DNA from: Podarcis muralis
Lineage: Eukaryota
Length of the DNA: 64,000 nt
Direction of reading: 5' to 3'
NCBI RefSeq assembly: GCF_964188315.1
Contig: NC_135662.1
Span: 57,784,001-57,848,000, forward strand
Shown here: piece after piece, positions 36,481-47,600 of the stretch
Position numbering within the stretch: position 1 is the first letter of the stretch
How the letters are laid out: every line of letters starts with the position of its first letter
Notes under the pieces: generated by a model
What the model was told of the DNA's origin: nothing
What the model saw: only the letters and a program-made list of their open reading frames with translations
Databases searched by the model: none
Position numbers and translations under genes: made by a program

Positions 36481-38097
36481 CCGTATTTTTCGCTCTATTA
36501 CACGCACCAGACCATAACACGCATGTAGTTTTTAGAGGAGGAAAACAAGAAAAAAAAATCTAAACGAAACAGTGGATGTATGATTTTTGTGCTTCATGCT
36601 GTGGCCACAGACATGTGATCTGATGGTGAGTTTGGGGTAGCCCAATTCAAAAATCCTGAGGATCCATGTGGATCCGTGCTTTGTAACCACGTTTTAAGTG
36701 GGGAGGGAAGGGAAAGCACTCAAGGGACAAGGAGCACGCGTGGGGTGTGTGAAGAAGGATGCTTCTAATAATGCAGGCGAGGGGTTTAAGGGGAGAAAGA
36801 GCTCGCGTGGGGTGTGTGGAGAAGGAGCTTTTCCGCGAGCTGAGCGGGGAGGAGGGACGGAAAGAGCACTGTTGCTTTAAAGGAGCCAACCGGACAGCAG
36901 TCGCTTACAGCAGTGTAAGCAGCTCCTCTCCTCTCCCGCTTTGCTCCTTCTCTTCTCTCCCTCTTTGCTGCTTTACACAGCTAATGGCGAATCCCCTGCA
37001 ATCCAAGTCCTGCTCATGTGCTCAAACCTATGCAGTCTATTCTGCGTAATTTCCCCCTCTCCCTCATCCTGTGCCCTCCTGTCCCCAGCGTGCTCAAGCA
37101 GCCAGCGGATCAGGGGAGACGCTGGGAGACATGCATTTTCCCCTCTCCCTCATCCCGTGCCCTCCTGTCCCCAGCGCGCTCAAGCAGCCAGCGGATCAGG
37201 GGAGACGCTGGGAGACATGCATTTCCCCCTCTCCCTCATCCCGTGCCCTCCTGTCCCCAGCACGCTCAAGCAGCCAGCGGATCAGGGGAGACGCTGGGAG
37301 ACATGCATTTCCCCCTCTCCCTCATCCTGTGCCCTCCTGTCCCCAGCGTGCTCAAGCAGCCAGCGGATCAGGGGAGATGCTGGGAGACATGCATTTTCCC
37401 CTCTCCCTCATCCCGTGCCCTCCTGTCCCCAGCGCGCTCAAGCAGCCAGCGGATCAGGGGAGACGCTGGGAGACATGCATTTCCCCCTCTCCCTCATCCC
37501 GTGCCCTCCTGTCTCCGGCGCACTGAAGGAGCCAGCGGATCAGCTGAGACGCTGGGGACACGTAATTTCCCCCTCTCCCTCATCCCATGCCCTCCTGTCC
37601 CCGGCGCGCAGCCTCATTGCTCCGTTTAGAGAGCGCGCAGACCTTTGCTAGCTGAGGCTGCAGCAGCTGTTGCTGGCTACGCAACGCTTTTAAAAGCGCC
37701 TGCTGGCTTCGAATTGCCTGCCTCCTTCCGGCTCGCTATGGCTCCCGTCTATCCCTCCTCCAGTGTAAGTGGCTGCTGCCTGCTTTGCTGTCATGCCTCT
37801 CCTTCCCTCCCTCCTCCCCGGCTCCTCCGTAGGTCGCTTTAAAGCAAGCAAAGCGAGAGCCTCAGCGTGTAAGCGGCTCTTGCTTTGCTTACTTTCAGAG
37901 AGCCCCTCCTCCTGGCTGTAAAGCAGGCAAAGCTAGAGCCGTGCAAAGCGAGACAGAAGCCTTGCAAGCGGCTCCCGCTTCGCTTAACTGACTGCAGCCA
38001 TGGCTCCGGTCCAGTGCATTCGCCCCATAACACGCACAGGCATTTTCCCTTACTTTCTAGGAGCAAAAAAGTGTGTGTTATGGAGCGAAAATTACGG
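36481..38097. mobile_element. TcMar (Tc2-like) non-autonomous element, 1617 bp, with internal minisatellite
   Basis: TA TSD; TIR CCGTATTTTTCGCTCTATTA / TTATGGAGCGAAAATTACGG. Confidence 0.85.
37049..37610 (+). repeat. 86-bp minisatellite, about 6.5 units
   Basis: CCCTCATCC recurs at 37061, 37147, 37233, 37319, 37405, 37491 and 37577, an exact 86-bp period. Confidence 0.95.
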
Positions 38098-39858
38098 TAT
38101 ATTTCTTTACCCACAGCAGAAGCTTGAGTTCTAACACTGCACCCTCAGAAATTAACATTATGGGCGGGGAACCTTTGCCTCTCCAAATGTTGTTGAACTA
38201 CAACTCTCAAGCCTTGACTATTGATCATGCTGGCTGGGACTGATGGGAGACATAGTTCAGCAATATGGAGGGCCTTTACTTGGTTGCAAGTCCGTGGTGC
38301 AAATCTACCAAACCCACAGCAATGAAGGCAGCCTGGGAATACAGCTCCTTGAGGGCATGAGGCCTTTCCCCACCTTGGGCCCCCCAAATATTGTTGGACT
38401 ACAAATCCCATCATCCCTAACCAGCAGGAGCAGTGGTGAGGGATAATAGTAAAGTTGCCTAATGATCGAAAACCAGACAGACTGCCTTATGAATCTTTGC
38501 GCCACCAGGAAAGGCGACCATTAGACCCTTGGGGATTTCAAATTACTGTTTTCCCACCAAGCTAACAATCTGCTCCTGACCCAGTTTTAACACCAAAAGC
38601 AACGGTGTCTTGTAGCACCTTAAAGACTACCAGATTAGTTATTACATAAGCTTTTTTTAGGATTCCAGCCCACTTCAAGCAGATGCATGTACTACTGTAT
38701 ACACAGTTGGCAGGTATAATATGGGCATAGTCAAGATGGAGGAAGTTAACCTGAATCATTACTTGTTGGGGGGCACTTAAATTCACACAAATTTGTGCAT
38801 GTAGCACTAAATCACAATTTAACGTTAGGCCAATAAATGTGCAGTGAATGATCATTTACAATAGCGGTATTTGGTGATAACATGATCTGGTTCTGCTGTG
38901 CTAATTCAGCAACTATAGTCGGAGAACTTCCCAACTTCCTGGCTTGTCAAGCAGTGTGAACCAGGAGTTGTTGTTTTTTAAAAAAACTAGTCAACTGCAA
39001 AACAAGGCAATGCCAAACCTCCAGCAATAAAGCTAGTTTGTTTAAACCAGAGTTCATCGTTAAGAATTCATAGTTCATACTTAAATATAAGCAAAATGGA
39101 ACCACAAGTTATTTCTTATTCCAGACCCATAGAAGGATGGGTGGAGGGGGCAAACAGAAGCCTGAGGCTTTGCTCACAGAGGCTCATGCAAGAATACTAA
39201 ATCATTGTTTAGTGTTTTTTCCAAGCTGGCCCGTTGTCAATAAATTTGAACTTTGCAGAGAAATGTCACATAGTAGATCCAATAAAATTTTTGGACAGCA
39301 CATAAGTGGGTGCATTATACCCTCAAACCAAATTTCTCTCCTATGCTCTATCCTGATTGTAATTAGCAGTAAACACTCTCTATTTACATAATTGTCCCAA
39401 AACACAAGAGGAAGAACTGCTCCATAAAAAAGATTAAACATTAATAAAAGACCACAAAATCCAAATTAGCTAAACCTCATTGGACAAGGTGAACATTGGC
39501 TCTCATTATAAACATCTGATACAATCAGACTGGTCTTCCATTGACTAGTTCCATAATGAAGGTAACATGCAAGATCAATGTCTGCATACTTCCACTTCCA
39601 CCTCAGATGGTCTCCAGAGCAATCCTAATAGACATAAGGGCCCATAAATTATAGCTTTGACATACATCAAAATAAGAATATAAAGGCCTTCAGTGATATG
39701 CCTCCAAAGTAAGTTTTCAGAACTAGAAAACACCCACAACTTTTTTAGTTGTGAGAGCCCCTTTGTAGGCCAATAGTGCAATCCTACATATATCTACTTA
39801 AAAGTAAGTTCCACTAAGTTCAATGGGCCAAATCCTAGGTAAATGAGTATAGGACTGT

Positions 39859-40273
39859 AAAGGAAAGGTAAAAAGGTAAAGGACCCCTGGACGGTTAAGT
39901 CTAGTCAAAGGCAACTATGGGGTGCGGTGCTCATCTCGCTTTCAGGCCGAGGGAGCCTGCGTTTGTCCAGACAGTTTTCCAGGTCGCGTGGCCAGCATGA
40001 CTAAACTGCTACTGGCACACGGAGGACCATGACGAGTGCCAGAGCACATGGAAAGGCCATTTACCTTCCCGCTGCAGTGGTACGAACCAGGGCAGCGCAC
40101 GGAAACACCGTTTACAGGAGTGGTACCTATTTATCTACTTGCACTGGCATGCTTTCGAACTGCTAGGTTGGCAGGAGCTGGGACAGAGCAACGGGAGCTC
40201 ACCCTGTCGCGGGGATTCGAACCACTGACCTTCTGAGCAGCAAGCCCAAGAGGCTCAGTGGTTTAGACCACAG
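39859..40273 (-). mobile_element. Sauria SINE, slightly 5'-truncated, with internal duplication
   Basis: (AAAGGT)n tail at left; reverse complement contains GTTCGAATCCCCGCGACAGGGTGAGCTCCCGTT. Confidence 0.85.
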
Positions 40274-41348
40274 GATCCTGTATCCTAAATCAACTGGGGG
40301 GCGGAATACACACAAGCAAGTTTACAAAACCAAGTTTATTGAAAACTGTTGAGTTGTCACCATACTGAATTTCCTTTAAGCACAGGGTTCATGCTTTAAA
40401 TTCATTATTTTGGGAGGAAAAGTACCCTTTTAAGATCAATTCACTTTATACATTGTTCAATAATATCAACAAATTAACAGAGGAGAAAGTAGTAGTTTAT
40501 GCTTAGCTTGGCAGTCATTCACCACTGGATTCAAAGTACGCACTGGTCAGTCCAAACGCTTTGGTTGAAAAGAGCAACGCACAAGTCATCTGCGAACATT
40601 CTCAGCTGGACATATAGCCACCCATCTGCAAAGAGAAGGACTCCTTCAATTTGCAGAAGGGACTGGGATTTCACAGAGACTTCTTGCTGGAGTAACCATG
40701 TGTGTACATGTGCACAAAAGAGGCAATTTTCACCAATTCCTCCTTTCCTCCTGCAGCCCTTGGCACCACCTCTCATGCTGTTTGAGAGGCTTCCTCAGCT
40801 ATTGCAAGCAGAATCCACCCCATCACCACTCCTTCTTTCAATGAAAACATCCTGGAGGCAGAGGCCTACCCCTGGGGACTCTGAACCCATCCCAACCCAA
40901 AAGCACCAGCATCAGAACCTCTTCCACAAATGGTTGCCAGGTTTCAGATGCTGGAACACTTGAGTTCCATCTTTTCTTTGTATCTTTCTCTTCAGGGCTT
41001 CAGAAATCAAACCAGTATTAATCACAGCAACACATTTTTTTTCTGTCAATGGCAAATTGTTGCTATTTACATTTGTTTCCTGCTTCCTGGCGCATGCACA
41101 CACAGCATCCCTTCCAATCCCGAAGAAATGGCTTACAAGAAAATACACAAGGAATAATAAACATGAACTTCAACCATCACCTTGGTTTACATGAACATTA
41201 AGGAGGATTCAGGTAGTGGCTGTACCTAAGAAAGTGTTTTGTTCAGTTAATCCATTCTCGTCTTTACTGTATTGCTTTGTTTGACTTACTTCCATAAAGT
41301 AATGCTACCCCATTATTTTTCTTCTAGGCCCAAAGCTTCCTTCTGTGA

Positions 41349-44152
41349 CTATCCCAGGTATTTGGTATGCCTCCCTTGGGCTATCAATTTCCCTGTCGCC
41401 TTGTTTCTTAAGTCCACATTGGCAAAGGCCAGTGTTCTTCCTTGCTTCAGAATCTCCGCAGTGATCTGGATTTCGTCTCCCATCTTAGCTGCTGACATGT
41501 AGCTTGAATTTGGAAAGGGGGGGGGGGAGAGAGAGAAAGAATCCTTACATTTATGGTTCATCTCTCCTTCAAGGAGCTCAAGACAGCATATAGGGTTTGC
41601 TTCCCTCATTTTATCCTCACAACCACCCTGTGAGGTTCAAAACTTATCTGATAACCCACACCTCTACTTTTAACTACCATATTTTTTGCTCTATAGGACG
41701 CACTTTTTCCCCTCCAAAAATGAAGGGGAAATGTGTGTGCGTCCTATGGAGCGAATGCAGGCTTTCGCTGAAGCCTGGAGAGCGAGAGGGGTTGGTGCGC
41801 ACCGACCCCTCTCGCTCACCAAGCTTCAGGCAGCTATCCGCAAGCCTTCGGAGCACAGCAGGAGTTCCCGCCGCGCTCCGAAGGCTTGCGGATAGCAGCC
41901 TGCAGCCCGGGGAGTGCAGCGCCAACTCCCGCTGCGCTCCCCGGGCTTCAGGCAGCAATCCGCAAGCCTCCGGAGCGCGCCCCCAGCCCCACAAGCTCCG
42001 GGAGCGGCGGCAAGGCTGCACGCAACCTTGCTGCTGCTCCCGGACCTGTTCTGGGGGCTGGGGTCGGGGGAAGCTCGGGCTTCCCCCGCCCTAGCCCCGC
42101 GGCTAAAAACGAAGCCAAGACAGCGAGCGGGATCCATCCCACTCACTGTCTTGGCTTCTGCCAAAGCCGTGCGCAGCCTCTCCCGGCAGGAGAGGTTGCG
42201 TGCAGCTAAAGAGGAAGCCAAGACAGCCAGCGGGATGGGGTTTCTTCATTTCCCCCCTAAAAACTATGGAGCGAAAAATACGGTAATACAAGCCACGTAA
42301 GTTGCAGAGTCAAGGCCCAATTAAACGAAAGCGGGCACTGAAGTAAATATTGGATTTTGTCATACATACGTAATATTCATATCCACACTGACTCCAGGTG
42401 CTGCTCTTTCGGTGTGCAGCAAAGCAGCGGTTGACACAACATCTACCAGAGTTGCTGTCAATCCTCCATGAAGAATCCCGCCTCGGTTTGTGTGCTCCTC
42501 TTCCACTTTCATTTCACAGACAACTTTTCCAGGACTGGCAGAAAGAACCGTCATCTGGGAGCAGAGGGGGTGAGAGAAGAAAAGTCCCATTCCATTAAGC
42601 TTCAGTAGGTTTTCTACAGGATACTAAACTGAAATTAAATGCTTGCTTTTTAAAATCTAAAATGCACATATGTTGCCTTTTGGTCTCCAAAACAGCGAAC
42701 AACAGGAGAAAACAAGTGAAACCAGCAGCAAAATAAGGTTGAAATGTGCAGTTCTTTCCCTCAGGGTACCAACCATTCAGCGGTGCCCTTTTCGAGCATA
42801 CTCCATTCTATTCCCTCCCCAATGTTTTTCTGCTGCCACCCAATCCAAAGGTCAGCCAATATTCTGGGTCCACTGAACTTGCTCAATCTTCCTACACACC
42901 AGAAACCTAAAGCACATGACCTGCCCCCAAGAATCATGGGAACTGCAGTTAACCACTACGCTTCCCAGCTCCCTTAAACAACTTTGCCCAGGATTCTGTG
43001 GGAAGGTCATACGCATTAAATGTGCTTTCAAACCTCTTCCAATTATTTCTTCCCTTTTTCAAAAAGTTTCAGGTTTCAGTAAGCATATGTTACAAATAGC
43101 GTTTATTTTTAATTTCCGCAATAAGCAGTTTGATTGGCTGAAACTGGCTGGGGCATTTAGGACCAGAGGCGTAGCAAGGTCAGGTGGTACCTGGTGTGAA
43201 TTTTTTTTTGTCACCCCCCCCCCCACATTGCAATTTTAGGAAGGTTGCCCAGAGTTGCGCAAATCCAACCAATGATCACATAAAACCGTGTCAGTGCCGC
43301 GGGGCGTATTTGCGCGATCAGTGGTCAGATTTCCGTGATCAGTGGGCGGCACTGGCACCCCCGTGAAAATCCAACCGCCAATTGCATTAAACTGCCGGGG
43401 ATGCAAGTGCCGCCCGCCGGGGGGGGGGGGGGGAGGGTGCCAGGCTGATTGTCGGGTGTATTTGTGCAATCAGTGGGCGGATTTTCATGATGACGATCGC
43501 GTCAATCGCTGAAATCTGCCTGCCCACCAGGCCTGCAAGTGCCATCACGCCGATCCGCCCAGGGGGATTTTGTCAGCCCCCCTAGGCATGACACCCGGGG
43601 CGGACCACACCCTCTGCACCTTGAGACGCCCCTGTTTAGGACCAGGTGACCTTTAAACCAGTGCAATTTCTATGTAAACAACCTAGTTAGGACACACCCA
43701 ATAGTCACAGAGCTTCTCTGAACTGAGTGAAGTAACATCTTTGGGAAGCCACCACATAACCCCGCCCCCGCCCCCCAGTATATAAGTGAATGGTAGAGAA
43801 GGTAGTTTGCAATCTAAAGCAGTATTACTGAGGACCTCTCTCAGGAACACTGTAAACCTACTTTTTATTGCTTTTTTGTAGCAACGACAAATAAAATAAA
43901 TACTCTTACATTCAAAAATTGTAAACCTACGTTTTTTCAAGCGCCAATAGGCCCAGAGTGTTCACTCCCTGCACAACTTTGCTGCCCTATTCAAGGTGAC
44001 CCTGGAAAGTCGGTAGCACATTACACACACAGGGTGGGGAACCTCAGAAAATCCCCTCCTGCTCTTACCTTATTCAGCACCCGATCAAATCCGGGAGACT
44101 CCAGAAGCATTTTCACCACCTCGCGGAGAGACTGGATCTTAAGGTGACTCAT
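41349..44152 (-). CDS. ACOT13: Acyl-CoA thioesterase 13 (THEM2), 140 aa
   Basis: complement(join(41349..41502,42370..42554,44069..44152)); hotdog-fold motifs HTN..HGGLTATLVD and PGVSVDMNITY, C-terminus GKLIAQGRHTKYLG*. Candidate polyA signal (TTTATT on +) at 40335-40340. Confidence 0.97.
41677..42283. mobile_element. TcMar (Tc2-like) non-autonomous element, 607 bp
   Basis: TA-CCATATTTTTTGCTCTATAGGAC ... TATGGAGCGAAAAATACGG-TA; fills most of ACOT13 intron 2. Confidence 0.85.
43164..43634. mobile_element. hAT MITE, 471 bp
   Basis: Ends CAGAGGCGT / ACGCCCCTG; perfect 8-bp TSD TTTAGGAC; in ACOT13 intron 1. Confidence 0.85.
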
Positions 44153-44663
44153 GATTCAAAGTTCCGACCTTCTCTCGAGCAAGGCGCTATAGCCAGGCTT
44201 CTCACTAATGCAGTCAAGTAGTTGGGAGATCTCGGAGTTGCGGACAACACGAGGCAATTGCAAAGATGCAGGATCCGTGAGCAGCAAATTGGCCCTTCGG
44301 AGCTCAGCGCCGGCCCTGGAGAACTGGAGGAACGTCTCTTGACAAGCCCCGCCTCCCTCGCTCGCTCCCAGCGTTCTAAAACTTGCTACTCCGCGTTCCA
44401 TTCGCCGAACGTTCGCTGCCTTCGCCGAATCCCCGCCCACGGCGCCTACCCTTTCACCTCCCAGCAATCGGGTCGGGCTGCTAAGCGGGCGGGCGAGCGC
44501 AGTAGCTTCAAGTGCCTTGCCCGTGCTGCGCCTGCGCGACATTTGAGCTTCGAGGGGCGTGGATTTGCAGAAGCTGGAAAACCGGTGGTGGTCCTGAAAG
44601 AAAACAGGGAGCGCGAGCTTTGAAAAAACAACAACCCAACAACAAGAACTCACAAACAGGCAG
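44153..44663. promoter_or_regulatory. Bidirectional CpG-island promoter ACOT13/TDP2
   Basis: 511 bp between divergent ATGs; CpG-rich; NRF1-type GCGCCTGCGC at 44528-44537. Confidence 0.85.
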
Positions 44664-47600
44664 ATGGATGTGGGCATCGTTGCTCAGGGGGTGGAGCAGG
44701 CGACCCCGGAGGAGAGGACGCCGGAGCAGCAGCTGCAGCCTTCCAAGGAGGAGGAAGAGAAGGAAGAAGAGAAGCGCAGGAAGCTCCTATGTTTGGAATT
44801 TGCCTCCATCAGCGGCAGCGATCTAGCCGTTGCTCAGTGCTACCTGGCAGAGAATGACTGGGATATGCAGGTATGCCCTCGCTTCTCGTTTTAAGCACGT
44901 GCTTTATAGATCCCGGCGCATGATCCTAGCACACAACCAAACTCTGCCTTTTGGGCCTTTGTTGTTTGTTTGTTTTTGCAGAGAGCGCTGAATTCTTATT
45001 TTGAGCCGCCTCTTGAGGAGCAACCTATGGACGCGATGCCAGAGCCTCTCCCGGTGGAGGGGACCCTGTAAGTCTCCTGCGCCTGTAACTCATCCCTCTC
45101 AAGAAGACCTCGGGGTTAACAAATCGATTCCCGCTTGTGTACAGATGCATGGGGGCCATATTGGTGCAATAGGACGGTGGTGCTGTCAGGGCAGTGGAAT
45201 CAGAGGGGAGGGGTTAAGATCCCCTCCCAGCCACGAGTTCACCGGGATGACCATGGGCTAATCTCTATTCTCTTAGCCTAGCCCACCTCATTCTCTTTGG
45301 AAGAGCATCACCTGCCTGCTGCCTTTACAATAGTACAGGGTGAGTCCTTTAAAAGAGGCCCAGTGGATACAGAGTACAGTGGTAGCTTGGGTTACAGAAG
45401 CTTCAGGTTACAGACTCTGCTAACCCAGAAATAGTACCTTGGGTTAAGAACTTTGCTTCAGGATGAGAACAGAAAAGTGGTGGTGCGGCGGCAGCGGGAG
45501 GCCCCATTACCTAAAGTGGTGCTTCAGGTTAAGAACAGTTTCAGTTTAAGAACGCACCTCTGGAACAAATTAAGTTCTTAACCTGAGGTACCACTGTACA
45601 CATGTTCCACCGGGACTCTCTTAAAAGACTCACCCTGTATATGCCTCTAAGACATCCTAGTGGTATAATCATTAATATGTCTTGCACTTGGCTTGCCTGG
45701 CCCTGCCCAGGGGAATGGTCGGTAGTGTAGTCAAGTCTCTAAATAAGGTCTGGCTCCAGCAATTCTCCAGTTTTTAAGGCTTCCACAATGCCCATAAAGT
45801 AGCATTGTTTCAGGTCATTGTGGAAAACTTACATGTTGGTTCCCTCTGAGACCTGCCATTTAAATTCCCTCCCATGCCCCAGAGTTCTGCCATACCAAGG
45901 GTGCCCTGGGGCACATTAGTGCTGTGTTTACATGTCTGCTGAGCACTTGGAAAAAATGAAACTGAGTGGGAGAAAGGGGCAGGCTGCATGCAGGAGTGGC
46001 CTCTGCTGCTAAGGTCCTAAACCAGATGGCAGTAACCTGTATCTGACCTACCTGGTATCGATTTGTACCTTCATAAACCGGCTCCACTATGTCAAGCTGA
46101 AAGTAAAGCCATTTTCACAGCTGGCCAGCATCTCAGAATACCTTTCTTGAAAATACAAATGAGGAAGCAATCCCAAGTATGGGAAGCCAGAGTAATTTAC
46201 ATAATTAAGTGAAGCCGGCGTAGAGTATGCCAGATCCAAAGTCCGCTCAGGACTTTAAGCAAGCCTAAGACTGGCAGAGAGGCGCAGGTAGTGCTGTGGT
46301 TTAAACCACAGAGCCTAGGACTTGCCGATCAGAACGCCGGCGGTTCAAATCCCCGCGACGGGGTGAGCTCCCATTGCTCGGTCCCTGCTCCTGCCAACCT
46401 AGCAGTTCGAAAGCACGTCAAAGTGCAAGTAGATAAATAGGTACCACTCTGGTGGGAAGGTAAACGGTGTTTCCGTGCGTTGCTCTAGTTCGCCAGAAGT
46501 GGCTTAGTCATGCTGGCCACATGACCCGGAAGCTGTAAACCGGCTCCCTCGGCCAATAAAGTGAGATGAGCGCCGCAACCCCAGAGTCGGCCACGACTGG
46601 ACCTAATAGTTAGGGGTCCCTTTACCTTTACCTTTAAGACTGGAAGAAGGGAAATAAGTCTTTAATATAAGGTCTGATTTATGCCACTCTGTCATTCCTT
46701 TGGGTTGCCAAGTTGCTTGACTGAGCTGAACCAAGTTAGGATCCAGCATATGTGCCCCCTGCCAGGTCCTGCCCCCCACCCCACCCCAGAACACCTATTT
46801 TTCAGGGCTGCTGTAAGTTCTGCTGGTTTTGGCTTGTCAGCTGAGCTGGGATGAGACAGTTACACCAGCATATCTCTGACTGAGCTGGGGTTGGTGACAT
46901 ACCAGTTTAGCCCAGCTGAGCTGGGAATCTACTGGCTGAACTGGGGACCTGCCACATCCTAACTCTCTCATTCTGGTGGATCTAGGGTTAGGATTACACC
47001 CTTTGCCATTCTTCACCTTTGGTCCAATAACTCATTGCTGTTATTTCTATTGCATGCATTCTCTTGCTGCTGTGTAGTGGTTAAGAGTTATGCATGATAT
47101 CTTAGTTTTGAGCTGGGTGTTTGTTTTATTATTACTGGTTTCATTAGGGCTTGGATAGCACAGTTGTATTATACAGTGTTTATTATTTTATGATGGAAGC
47201 CAGCTTCAGAGTTTCACTTTTAAAGGTGGCTTATCAATGTAATAAGTAACGTGTCTGTGTTTTCTAGCATTGACCTAACAGATGATTCGACCGCCGGTAA
47301 AGTTTCTGCTGCTGTTAAAGAGGCGGGTCTTAGCTCCAAAGAGGATGACAGCACATTTTCTTTAATTACCTGGAATATAGATGGCCTGGATTTACAAAAC
47401 CTGCAAGATAGGGCACGAGGAGTTTGCTCCTATCTCGCTTTGTAAGTATCTATCACAGTGGTCCTATGGTACCTTATTAGAGTGTCAGCCTAATTAAAAT
47501 CATTGGGATTTATTTCAAAGTAAGCAAGATTGGGATGCACTTTTTAAAAAATCAGAATATTTCTACTATGCCATTTTTTTTCTTTTACACTTATCTGAAT

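Noticed and set aside
36941-37651. Repetitive 151-236-aa ORFs, or a CRISPR-like array
   Set aside because: Translation of an 86-bp tandem repeat; units are contiguous with no unique spacers and there are no cas genes.
47221-47267. Intron-2-derived N-terminus for a short mitochondrial TDP2 isoform
   Set aside because: The frame is open only back to TAA at 47221-47223 and has no ATG; the ORF-track start is a GTG in the polypyrimidine tract.
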